Source: a virus
Direction: 5' to 3' (one strand)
DNA length: 64,000 bases
IMG/VR virus record: IMGVR_UViG_3300021425_000025
Span: 6,762-70,761 of that record
Notes under the pieces: generated by a model
Seen by the model: only the letters and a program-made list of their open reading frames with translations
Databases searched by the model: none
Told to the model about the DNA's origin: nothing
In this document: positions 48,821-59,400 of the stretch, in pieces
Numbering within the stretch: position 1 is the stretch's first letter
Layout of the letters: the number at the start of each line of letters is the position of its first letter
Position numbers and translations under genes: made by a program

Positions 48821-51800
48821 TTATCCTAAACTTAATACAATTTCTAGTGCTAAATCTTCTGCATCTGCTCTTGAAATACCACTTGCAGAACCTGCAACTG
48901 ATACCCAGTTTTGTCCATCATATACTTCAACACGACTGTCTGTAGTGTTAAATCTTGTAACACCTGTTTGCGGTGTTGCTGGTCTTTCTACACTTGTTCC
49001 TACTGGAATTACAAATCCTTCTGCATCACCAAATTTAAGGTAGCCTGTACCAGTTTGCACAATTTCCATATTTGAAGCAGGTGCAGTATTAGTTATCGTA
49101 CTTTCATTAATTGCAAAGTTTTCAAGAATAACACTGCCTGTTCCATTTGCTTGGAAACTCATATCAGTATTTGTATTTACTGCACTAATGCTAGTATTTT
49201 CAATTAAAATGTTATCTATTTCAATCCTTGGTGTGTTTAATCCAGTACTGTCTAATGATGCTGCTAACGATCCGTTGGAATAGAATCTTATAACGCCATC
49301 GTTTGCACCAGGTGTTAATTCAGCAGTAATATAAGTGTCTCTATCGTCATCAAATACGCCACCTAAGCCACTCCAACTAGTGCCATCATATCCTTCGTAA
49401 TCGCCTATGTCAGTATTAAATCTTACCATGCCTGCTACTGGTGTTGCAGGTCTGTCAGCAGTTGTACCTGCTGGTAAAACAATACTTTCTGTGCTATCAA
49501 AATTAACAATGTTTCCTGCACCTAAACTAATATCTAAGTCGTTGCCCGGTGCTACTGTTATCGTAGATTGATTGATTGAAATATCACCAAAATCAATTGA
49601 CCCAGTACCACTTGCACGAAGTTCTAAGTTGCTATTACTATTAGTTGTAGTAATATAATTGTCTTCAATTATGATATCACCTGTACTAAATGTATCACTA
49701 GATACTAAAGAATTTGAAGATATCAAACTATTTGTAAACAATGTGCCTTCTACTGTTAGGTCTTGTAGAATTCTAACATTGTTATTTGGAACTAGTATTT
49801 CGCCTGTTCCATTAGCACCTAGTTCTAAATTTGCATTTGATCTTGTAGTTGTAATAAAGTTATCATCAATTAATATTTCTTCAAATTGGAATGCTCCTTC
49901 GACATCAAAACTTCCACCTACATTAATATTACCATTAATAGTTGTATTTCCAGTTTGTGTATAATCTCCGTTGTGTGTTAGTGTTCCGTTAACATTTAAA
50001 TCATTTAAAGTAGTAGTTCCGAGAACAGTTAAGTCTTGATCAAATTCTACATCAGCAAGTTGTACTCTAACAACGTTTCCTGGATTTGCTTGTAAAATAA
50101 TATCGGAAATAGAAGTAACATAGTTTCCTACTAGTGTTATAGTACCAGTACTGAATTGAGATGCTGATACAAATCCAGTGTTATTAATGGTGTTTGAATT
50201 AATAGTAGAAGTTGGTGCTAATATATCTCCAGTTACTGATAAATCATTTTGATCAATAATAACTTCACCGCCTGGTTGCGGTCTTAATATAAGATCAGTA
50301 TTTGTTACGGTTGGGTCTATAGATATCACGTTATTTGCAACAACTATGTCATCTAGTGTTGAAGTTCCCTGAACATTTATGTTGCCATTAAATATAGCAG
50401 ACCCTGTTACAGTATATGTGCCTGTTTGTTGTGTATTACCTATGTGATTAATTAATCCAGTTGCAGTGATATCTCCAGTCGTAGTTGTACCAACAACAGT
50501 TAAATCGTTACTAATGTACACATCGCTGTTTGGTACAAAAATTCTGCCTGTGCCACTTGCACGTAGTTCTAAATCACTATTACTTTGAGTAGTTGTGATA
50601 GTATTAAAAATAAGAGAAATATCGCCAGTGCTAAACGAAGAACTTGAAATGCTTCCGGAGTTTACAATAGCACCACTATTAATTGTTCCACCAACTGTTA
50701 AATCATTAGTAATTTCAACATCGTTGTTTGGAATAAGAACTACACCAGTGCCGTTTGCTCTTAGATCTAAATCACTATTACTTAAAGTAGTTGTAATAAA
50801 GTTATCGTCAATTAAAATATCTTCAAACTGTGCTTGCGACAATGCTGTTAAATTACCGTCAATTGATAAATTTCCTGTTAAATCAAAATCACCAGTTTGT
50901 GATGTGCCGCCAATCTGAGTTAAAGTTCCAGTTATTGTAGTATCTTGTAAATCTGTATTTCCAGTAACTGTCAAATCATTTAATACTCTTAGATCCGAGT
51001 TTACTTGAATTATACCAACACCATTAGCTTCTAGTATTAAATTATCACCCGGATTAATTGTTTTAATAAGATCATTAATAATTCTAATGTTAGCAGTTTC
51101 AAAAGAACCTGACGTAATTAAACCTGCATTATTAATATTTTCAGTTGTAGTTGCTCCAAGAATTTCTAAGTTATTATTAATTAAAACATCATTAGTTGGT
51201 ACTAAAACTACACCAGTACCTGCTGCACGTAACTCTAGGTCGCTGTTACTTGCAGTAGTTGTAATAAAGTTATCATTAATTAAAATATTTTCAAACTGCA
51301 TTTCTGCATTGATTGAAAACAATCCATTAATAGTATAATCACCATTAATTGTTGCATCACCAGTTTGGAAATAATTCCCTGTATGGGTAATTGTTCCGTT
51401 TATTACAGTATTATCAAGTGTAGTTAATCCGCTAACTGTTAAGTCATTTGTTATTGATACATTACTAGTTGGTATTACTACAGATCCAGTTCCACTTGCA
51501 TCTAGTATGAGATCTGAATTACTTAAATTTGTTGATATAGTATTATTAAAAATAGCAATATCACCAGTACTGAAAAGATTAGCAGTAATAGACATACTAT
51601 TAACATCTTGTGTTGTTAATGTTCCAGTTAAAATCTCAACGTTTTGTAAAAATTCAACATCATTGCTTGGTACAATTACTTTACCTGTGCCGGCGGCACG
51701 TAGATCTAAATCGGCATTACTTGAAGTAGTTGTAATAAAATTATCTTCAATTAATATTTCTTCTAATTGAACTGCTGATTGTACATCTAATATTCCGCTA

Positions 51801-54800
51801 ATAGATAAATCACCAATAAGGTCGTAGTCACCAGTTTGATTTGTGTTACCAATATGTGTTAATAGCCCATTAATATTTGTAGTTGATAACTGAGTTGTAC
51901 CGTTTACTGTTAAATTATTATCAAATTGTACATTATTAGAATCAACTAGTATTGCGCCAGTTCCTGCTGCACGTAATTCTAAATTTGAATTAGAAGTTGT
52001 TGTTTCTATTACATTATCGAAAATATTAATATCGCCAGTTGTAAATAATGGAGATGTTATTGATGTAACTGCTATCAAGTTAGGCGTAGTAACTGTTCCG
52101 TTAACAGTTAGATTATTTTGTATTGTAACATCGTTATTTGGAACAATAACTTCACCAGTGCCTACTGCACGTAATTCTAAATCAGCGTTGGTTGTTGTAG
52201 TTGTAATATAATTGTCGTCTATTAAAATTTCTTCAAACTGTGCTGCTTGTGTAACGTCTAAAGTACCTGTTGTAGATATGTTACCAGTAACAGTTAAGTT
52301 GCCAGTTTGTGTAGTATCGCCTGCATGTGTAATTGTTCCTACAACAACAGTGTTTAATAAATCTGTATCGCCGCGGACTTCTAAACCAAGTTGCATTACT
52401 ACGTCATTGTTAGCAACTATATTTCCTACACCTGCTGCTGCAAGTTCTAAGTTTGCGTTTGATGACGCTGTAGTAATTACATTATTAGTAATTGTAATAT
52501 CACTAACGTTGTATGTAGTTGCATCTACTGTAGTTGTTACATCAACTGTATCTGCATTAATTTGATTAGTAACACTTAAATCGTTTGTGATTGTAACATC
52601 GTTGTTTGGTATTAAAATAATACCAGTACCACTTGCTCGAAGCTCTAAATCACTGTTACTTACAGTAGTTGTAATATAATTGTCGTCAATTAAAATATTT
52701 TCAAATTGTACTTGCGACTGTATATTTGTTACTCCAGTTACAGTTAAATCGCCTGTAATATCTGCATTGCCTACTTGTGTAACATTTCCGTTGTGTGTGA
52801 TATCTCCATTTACAGTTAAGGCTTGTACATCTGTTGCACCTGCTACTGTTAATGCTTGTCCAAGCACAACATTATTTGTATCAACGTGTATTTCGCCTGC
52901 ACCATTTGCTCTTAATACTAAATCTGAGTTTGATAGTGTAGTTGTAATAGTATTATTATCAATTAAGATATCGCCAGTTGTAAATGTATCAGTTATAATA
53001 TTATTATTAACAACTACGTCATGAGCAGATGTCAATCCAATAACAGTTAGATTATTATTAATTATAACATCGTTGTTTGGTATTTGAATAAACCCAGTGC
53101 CATTTGCACGTAGTTCTAAATCACTGTTACTTAAAGTAGTAGTTACAACATTACCTTCAACTCTAATATCTTCAAACTGACCTGCACCGTCAACTGTTAA
53201 AGTTTCTGTTAGAGAAACATTGCCAGTAACATCAACATCGCCTGTTATATCAACTGCTCCGTTAACAGTTAGATCTGAATTAATTGTTAGATCTTGTACA
53301 GTTGTTGTACCTTGTACAACTAAATTGTTTGTTATTGTAACATCGTTGTTAGGTACAATAACTTCTCCTGTGCCGTTTGCACGAAGTTCTAAATCTGCAT
53401 TTGAGTCTATTGTTTGAATGTAGTTGTCATTGATTTCAATGCTATCAATGTATAATCTATTAGCCCACAAATCTCTCCAACGTAAACTAGGGCTACCTAA
53501 ATCATAGGTATCAGTTATATTTGGAAACATACCGCTATCAATGTTAGCAGTAAAACTAACTGAATCTGTGCTTTGATCACCTATTTGAATATTACCTGCA
53601 ACAGTAACATCACCAACTACATCTAAATTACCAGTAATGTCTACATTATCTTGTAAATTAATTTGGCCGCTTGCTGCTGTAATGTTAGCGTCTCCTGATA
53701 ATGTTTCAAGAGTGTTACCGCTTAAACGCCAATTACCTGTTTCAATTTTATCGCCTTTAATTAGTGTAGTATTTGTGCCGTCTGTAATTTCAATACCATT
53801 AGTTGTATCAATATTAAAACTTGCATTACTAAACTGAATAGCACCATTTTCTTGGTCAATTACAAATAAATCGCCTACTCTAAAATCACCTTTATGGTCA
53901 ACTGTTGAATAATAAATTTTTGCGTTATTAGTTTCTACAATTTCGTTTGCTTGTATTACAGTGTTAGGATCGTTATCAACATCTTTACCGTTGCCTATGT
54001 ATGCAACATTATGACCAATAGCATACATTATTACACCAGGACCGTCGCCTACTAAGCCTTCGTTGCCGTAAACACTGGCAGATCCAATCAAGCGTATTTC
54101 TGCACCAAAGTCTGAAAAGTCTACAAGTGAAATTCTTGTAGCGGTTGCTCCGCCACTAAATCTAACATCTTGTCCTGATACGCCATCATCAATAATATTA
54201 GTTGATCCGCTGATATCGTCAAAGTGTAACAGTAAAACTGTACCCGGTTGTTCTCCTAAAAACGGAGTAGTAGTAGGTGTAAAGTTTGCTGTATATTTGG
54301 CTTCACCTTTAACAACTCTTACCTCATCAATATTACCATCTACAAAAGAAGTATCATTAAATCCTGCACCAATTCTTACGCCTGTTTCAACATATGTTGT
54401 ATTATCAGTCCAAGTGCTACCTTCTTGTGTTCCGTCAATAAAGAGTTTAGTATCTGTACCTTCTCTTGTTACAGCAACATGATACCAAGTACTTGTGGTA
54501 GGTGATGAAGTACCTGTGATTACTTCTGCACCATTTACATAGTATGCAAAATTTCCTGAACCGTTAATGTAAATTACAGGAGCTGCTTGTGATGCTGTTG
54601 TTCTTTGATCATACAAGTTGCCTGCAACTGCATCAAAATACACAAACATTTCAATAGTAAAATCACCAGTGCCAAATTCAAAATCTTCTATGCTGGCCAC
54701 TGTTATGTAGTCGCCAGTACCATCTAAAACTAAACTACCAATACCGAACTTGCTGTTAGTTGAATCAATTTGTGCATCACCGTTGACTGTTACAGTTTTT

Positions 54801-56353
54801 CCAGGACGTTCTTCTGGTAATACCCATCCTACATTTTTAGCATCAATATAAAATTTGCCGTCTGCATCAACTGTTTCAATTGTGCCTGTTGCTAGTACTG
54901 TTGTGCCATCTGTGTCATAATAAGTTACAGTTTCGCCTGCACTAAATGATCCTGTTACATCAGAAACACGCAATGCCGTTTTGCCGTCACCTTTAAGACC
55001 AGCACTACTATCGTATGCATATAATGAACGATTTGCAAAATATGTAAAGCTGTTGAGCCATTCTATTCTTGCACCATTAGTTGCCGTTACTGCATCTACA
55101 CCTGGTGTAATAAACGTAGCAGAATGGAAAAGCATACTTGCTTCTTTTGAATTTGCTGTTGCAACAGAACCGTCTACAAGAACACCTTTACCTGCATCTC
55201 CTTGATCAAAGCCTCTAGGATCACTTGCACTAGTTACACTGCCTTCTGTAATAACAGTAATATTTTTAATATATGGCGAGCGAGTAGTTACTTCAAAGTT
55301 GCTTGCAAATCTAAACGCATATCCTGTATCATTTACGCTATTATAAAAATAATTTGCAACAGTTATATCTTCAATTGTTGTTTCACCGTTGAGCAAAAAT
55401 GCATCATTATCTTGAGTTGCTACTGTAGGTTGTACAGTTACACTTCTAAGACTTTCACCTTTAACGTTAACGCCTACTGGTAATTCAATTGGAAATGTTT
55501 CTGTGTATGTACCAGGAAAAACATGAATAGTATCTCCGGCTGTTGCTAAAGTTTCAGCAGCATACTTGATACTTGCAACCGGATCTTGGGGGTGTGTTCC
55601 GGTATGTGTGTCGTCGCCATTTGTAGCAACATATATTATTTTTCCTTGACGTAAAGATAAATCAATGCCGTCAACAAATAAGTCACCTGTATCAATTTGT
55701 GTAGCAATAAAGTTTTCAACATAGATATCTGCCCAGCGTTTTGCTGCTGTACCCAATTGATAAGTATCGTCTTGATCAGGTATAAGATCAGATGCAATTT
55801 CTGCATTAAATGTTACAGTGTCGTCATTTGGTACTGTTTGATCTGTACTACCTAACTGTATATTTCCGTCTGCGGTAATATTACCTGTAGCATGAATGTT
55901 TCCTGTAACATTCATGTCTGAAAATACGTCTACAATTCCTGTTCCGTTGGGTCTTAGCTCTAAGTTAGCATTACTATTATTTGTACTAACTATATTGTCA
56001 TAAATGCTTATGTCTTGTATGTCTAATTGTTTTTGATATACAACAGTGTCTATGCCTGTAGTTACAAGATTTAAATCATTTGAACTTTGGATAGTATTAC
56101 CTGATATTGTAATGTTTGCAAGATCGGCTTGCGTATCTACAATAAGGTTTGTTGTTTTAGAGGTTCCGTTAACGTCTAACTCGTGTTGAGGTAAAATGGG
56201 GTCATTTTGGTCGGCGTTATTCAGTCCTAGTTTGATACCGACTTTATCATTATTAACATCTAGAACTAATAAGTCGTTCTCAAAGGCTAAATTTACTCCA
56301 TCACGAAGTAAGTTAGACTTTAAGAGCGGACCTGATATGCGACCAACAGCCAT
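48821..56353 (-). CDS. Giant fibre or baseplate-appendage protein (2510 aa) with beta-helix and LamG/ConA-like domains
   Basis: MAVGRISGPLL N-terminus; YVATNGDD...GDTIHVFPGTY module; LamG-like DFTIEMFV...WYHVAVTR...GNIDEVRV; about 18 DNxITTTxSNxDLELRAxGTG repeats; P.GTT..RP...G..RFNT C-terminal units. Confidence 0.8.
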   Translation of the reverse strand: MAVGRISGPLLKSNLLRDGVNLAFENDLLVLDVNNDKVGIKLGLNNADQNDPILPQHELDVNGTSKTTNLIVDTQADLANITISGNTIQSSNDLNLVTTGIDTVVYQKQLDIQDISIYDNIVSTNNSNANLELRPNGTGIVDVFSDMNVTGNIHATGNITADGNIQLGSTDQTVPNDDTVTFNAEIASDLIPDQDDTYQLGTAAKRWADIYVENFIATQIDTGDLFVDGIDLSLRQGKIIYVATNGDDTHTGTHPQDPVASIKYAAETLATAGDTIHVFPGTYTETFPIELPVGVNVKGESLRSVTVQPTVATQDNDAFLLNGETTIEDITVANYFYNSVNDTGYAFRFASNFEVTTRSPYIKNITVITEGSVTSASDPRGFDQGDAGKGVLVDGSVATANSKEASMLFHSATFITPGVDAVTATNGARIEWLNSFTYFANRSLYAYDSSAGLKGDGKTALRVSDVTGSFSAGETVTYYDTDGTTVLATGTIETVDADGKFYIDAKNVGWVLPEERPGKTVTVNGDAQIDSTNSKFGIGSLVLDGTGDYITVASIEDFEFGTGDFTIEMFVYFDAVAGNLYDQRTTASQAAPVIYINGSGNFAYYVNGAEVITGTSSPTTSTWYHVAVTREGTDTKLFIDGTQEGSTWTDNTTYVETGVRIGAGFNDTSFVDGNIDEVRVVKGEAKYTANFTPTTTPFLGEQPGTVLLLHFDDISGSTNIIDDGVSGQDVRFSGGATATRISLVDFSDFGAEIRLIGSASVYGNEGLVGDGPGVIMYAIGHNVAYIGNGKDVDNDPNTVIQANEIVETNNAKIYYSTVDHKGDFRVGDLFVIDQENGAIQFSNASFNIDTTNGIEITDGTNTTLIKGDKIETGNWRLSGNTLETLSGDANITAASGQINLQDNVDITGNLDVVGDVTVAGNIQIGDQSTDSVSFTANIDSGMFPNITDTYDLGSPSLRWRDLWANRLYIDSIEINDNYIQTIDSNADLELRANGTGEVIVPNNDVTITNNLVVQGTTTVQDLTINSDLTVNGAVDITGDVDVTGNVSLTETLTVDGAGQFEDIRVEGNVVTTTLSNSDLELRANGTGFIQIPNNDVIINNNLTVIGLTSAHDVVVNNNIITDTFTTGDILIDNNTITTTLSNSDLVLRANGAGEIHVDTNNVVLGQALTVAGATDVQALTVNGDITHNGNVTQVGNADITGDLTVTGVTNIQSQVQFENILIDDNYITTTVSNSDLELRASGTGIILIPNNDVTITNDLSVTNQINADTVDVTTTVDATTYNVSDITITNNVITTASSNANLELAAAGVGNIVANNDVVMQLGLEVRGDTDLLNTVVVGTITHAGDTTQTGNLTVTGNISTTGTLDVTQAAQFEEILIDDNYITTTTTNADLELRAVGTGEVIVPNNDVTIQNNLTVNGTVTTPNLIAVTSITSPLFTTGDINIFDNVIETTTSNSNLELRAAGTGAILVDSNNVQFDNNLTVNGTTQLSTTNINGLLTHIGNTNQTGDYDLIGDLSISGILDVQSAVQLEEILIEDNFITTTSSNADLDLRAAGTGKVIVPSNDVEFLQNVEILTGTLTTQDVNSMSITANLFSTGDIAIFNNTISTNLSNSDLILDASGTGSVVIPTSNVSITNDLTVSGLTTLDNTVINGTITHTGNYFQTGDATINGDYTINGLFSINAEMQFENILINDNFITTTASNSDLELRAAGTGVVLVPTNDVLINNNLEILGATTTENINNAGLITSGSFETANIRIINDLIKTINPGDNLILEANGVGIIQVNSDLRVLNDLTVTGNTDLQDTTITGTLTQIGGTSQTGDFDLTGNLSIDGNLTALSQAQFEDILIDDNFITTTLSNSDLDLRANGTGVVLIPNNDVEITNDLTVGGTINSGAIVNSGSISSSSFSTGDISLIFNTITTTQSNSDLELRASGTGRIFVPNSDVYISNDLTVVGTTTTGDITATGLINHIGNTQQTGTYTVTGSAIFNGNINVQGTSTLDDIVVANNVISIDPTVTNTDLILRPQPGGEVIIDQNDLSVTGDILAPTSTINSNTINNTGFVSASQFSTGTITLVGNYVTSISDIILQANPGNVVRVQLADVEFDQDLTVLGTTTLNDLNVNGTLTHNGDYTQTGNTTINGNINVGGSFDVEGAFQFEEILIDDNFITTTRSNANLELGANGTGEILVPNNNVRILQDLTVEGTLFTNSLISSNSLVSSDTFSTGDIIIEDNYITTTNSNSNLELRASGTGSIDFGDISINQSTITVAPGNDLDISLGAGNIVNFDSTESIVLPAGTTADRPATPVAGMVRFNTDIGDYEGYDGTSWSGLGGVFDDDRDTYITAELTPGANDGVIRFYSNGSLAASLDSTGLNTPRIEIDNILIENTSISAVNTNTDMSFQANGTGSVILENFAINESTITNTAPASNMEIVQTGTGYLKFGDAEGFVIPVGTSVERPATPQTGVTRFNTTDSRVEVYDGQNWVSVAGSASGISRADAEDLALEIVLSLG

Positions 56354-56369
56354 CTCTTCTCCTTAACAC

Positions 56370-56461
56370 GGGGATCCTGTCCCTCTAGCCGAATTCTCAC
56401 CCTCTCGGTTCTTTGCTGGCTAACCACAGTTTGTCCTGCAAGGTATGGTCTTACTTTTGCA
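56370..56461 (-). ncRNA. Candidate structured 5' leader RNA
   Basis: GC-rich ~90 nt between the late box TATAAATA (56469-56476) and the RBS; hand folding gives two stem-loops. Confidence 0.45.
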
Positions 56462-56498
56462 TTACTAGTATTTATATGATCTAGAGAAAAGTGGGTCG

Positions 56499-59400
56499 TT
56501 ACCCAAAGATTAGAGTGTATTCAAACAGCAGATCGTCAAACTCTGCTGGGGTAATATTATTGCTTAATCCTGCAGATGCGATGTAGGTATTCCCGTCAAA
56601 TGTTTCAAGTATTTGGTCATCAGTATTCCATCTTGTATCACCTATTTCAACACTTGTTCGATCAGCACTTGGTCCAGCAGGTATTAAAACCCCTGAGTTT
56701 GATACTAACACAGTATAATAACCACTTGAGTTGTTTTTTATTTCAAGAGCATTATTTGTATTGTTAATAATTTTACTATCTTCTATAGTAATATCTTCAA
56801 TATTAAATACACCGGTACCATTTTCAAAAGTAAGATCAGTATCTGCTTGACTTACTCCAATAGTACTATTATTGATATACATCTGTGGTAATACTATGCC
56901 TGAAATAAAGAAGTTATCTGGTTGTATACTTGCAGTCTGTACACCTTGCTGAGTAAATACAATTTGATTGCTAGTGCTAGTAGCATCTACACTAGTAAGC
57001 CTATCTGCAGAATATATACCAGAAAATGCAACAGGAACTGTTGTAAATCCTTCAAACAGTCCTGTTTGATTGTTAAATCTAATATCACCTTGGGTGTTTA
57101 CAGTTTTTTGTGCAGTTGTACCTGAAGGCAATTTAGTTGCAGGTGCATCTGAAACATCAACGTTGCCATCGACTTCAAAGGTTATACTCTGTGTGCTTGA
57201 AATAGTATTTGTATTAAAACTAATATCTTCAACATCAACTGATCCTGTACCTGCACCACTTAGTTCTAGGTCACTATCAGTATTGGTAGTTTGAATTCTA
57301 TTGTCATATATTTCTATATCGTTAGTTTCAAGTTTATCAGTTTGTACATACTGTGTTGTTAATTGAGTTATGTCACTAACTCCATTAAGATATAAGTTTT
57401 GTGCAATTTTTGAATTAGCATCAAACTGTACTTCACCCGAGCCATTTGCTCTTAGTTCTAAGTACGCACTCGAAGAAGTAGTTGTTATTGTATTGTCATT
57501 AATGTTTATTTCTTCAAACTGGACCTCTGCTGCAACAATATTTCCTGTTACTGTTAGATTGCCTGTTGTAGTAAAATCATTTACTGTTCTGTCACCTACA
57601 TGAGTAATTTGTTTTGGATCTACTGTACCATATTTTACCTCAAGATCTTGTACAGTTGTAGTACCAGTAACATTTAAATCTTGATTAATAAACACATTAT
57701 TACTTGGTACATGTACTTTATTGCCTGTTGTCGGCATAAAGAATAAGTCTGTTCCGGTAGTAACACTTTCAATTTTATTTTGTGTAATAGTAATATCAGC
57801 AGTCTCAAATGCATTTGCAGTAATTGTACCACTATTACTAATAGTATTTGAAGTTATATTTTGAACATTAATATTGTTATGACTAAATGCCAAATCGCCG
57901 TCAAATACAACATTATTTGTAGACCTTAAAATAATATCAGATCCGGCTTGAGCTGTTATTCCTTCTGCAGGACCTATAGTTCCAAATCGTAAATTGCCTA
58001 GTGTTTGAGTTGATGGACCAGCGTCAAGCGTTCCTATAACATTTAGTTCACTAGAACCTCCAGATAAGAAAAGTATTCCATTATCAGTTCTATCACCAAC
58101 ATGCGTTATTGTTCCATTTATAGACATTCCGCCTAATGTATAATTAGTTGCTGATAGATTTTGACTAAACTCTGCATCATTAGTATCAATTACAACACTG
58201 CCAGTACCGTTTGCATCTAATATTATATCGGTGTTAGTGCCGTAAGCATCAACATTATTATCATATAATCTAAGAGACTGAGTTTCTAATAAATCTGCAT
58301 TAACATTACTAACATTTTGTATATTTGAAGATGTTAATGTTCCTGATATTAATAGATCATTTGTAATTTCTACATTATTATTTGGAACTAAAACTTTACC
58401 AGTGCCACTAGCACGTAGCTCTAAATTACCGTCTGGTATTGTTGTTTGTCTTATAACATTTTGTTCAAGTTTAATATCTCCAAATCTTCCAGTACCAGTT
58501 ACAGAAGTTTGTCCACTTAAACTAAAATTATATGTTGGTATATTAAAATCTCCAGTAATATTTCTATTACCTGTATGAGTTAATATTGTAGTATTTTCAT
58601 CTCCTACTACTCCAATATCAGTATTAGTAAAGTTTGTTTGTACATCAACAGTTAAATTTTGATTTAATTCGGTAACAGAATTAAATTGTACTTCTGTTCC
58701 GTCTAAAGATATATTTGAATTAGTAACTGTGTGAGTAATAATATTATCTCTAATTTCTAATCCTGTATCAGTTTCGAAAGAATAAGAAGTAATGTTTATA
58801 CCATTATTAATACCGTTAGTAGTTGTTAAACCTTGTACAGTAAAATTATTTTCTGCTAAAATATTACTGCTAGATATTAGAACTTTTCCAGTTCCAACTG
58901 CACGTAATTCTAAATCACTATTTGAATCAACTGTTGTAATAATATTATCGTCAAGTGCAACATTTTCAAATTGTACCTGTCTATCGACTGTTAGTTTTCC
59001 GTTAAATGCGACATTTCCGTTTACAATAACATTACCTGTTTGAGTTAAATCGCCTATATATGTAAGTGATCCGTTAACATTTGTGTCTGCTATTGTTGTA
59101 GTACCATCTACATCTAAGTTTTGATTAAATTTGTTATTATCAGCATTAGAAACTATATTGCCAGTTGCACTTAATTCTATATCGGTATTAGGATCTAGTA
59201 GTGTTGTGGCTAAAATATTATTATCGTAAATGTGTAAATAATCGTAATTATTAAATAAGTCTGCCGTTACAGTCGTTGCCGAATTTATTATATTAACCTG
59301 CAGATTTCCTAGTATATTAACATTTTGTGTAAATTCTACATCATTGTTTGGTACAATTACTTTACCTGAGCCTGCTGCACGTAGTTCTAAATCACTATTG

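Noticed and set aside
56370-56461. Assignment of the leader to the c-di-GMP-I or glycine riboswitch classes
   Set aside because: Only short fragments (GACAAAC, GCAAAG, GGACAG) resemble them; order and architecture do not fit.
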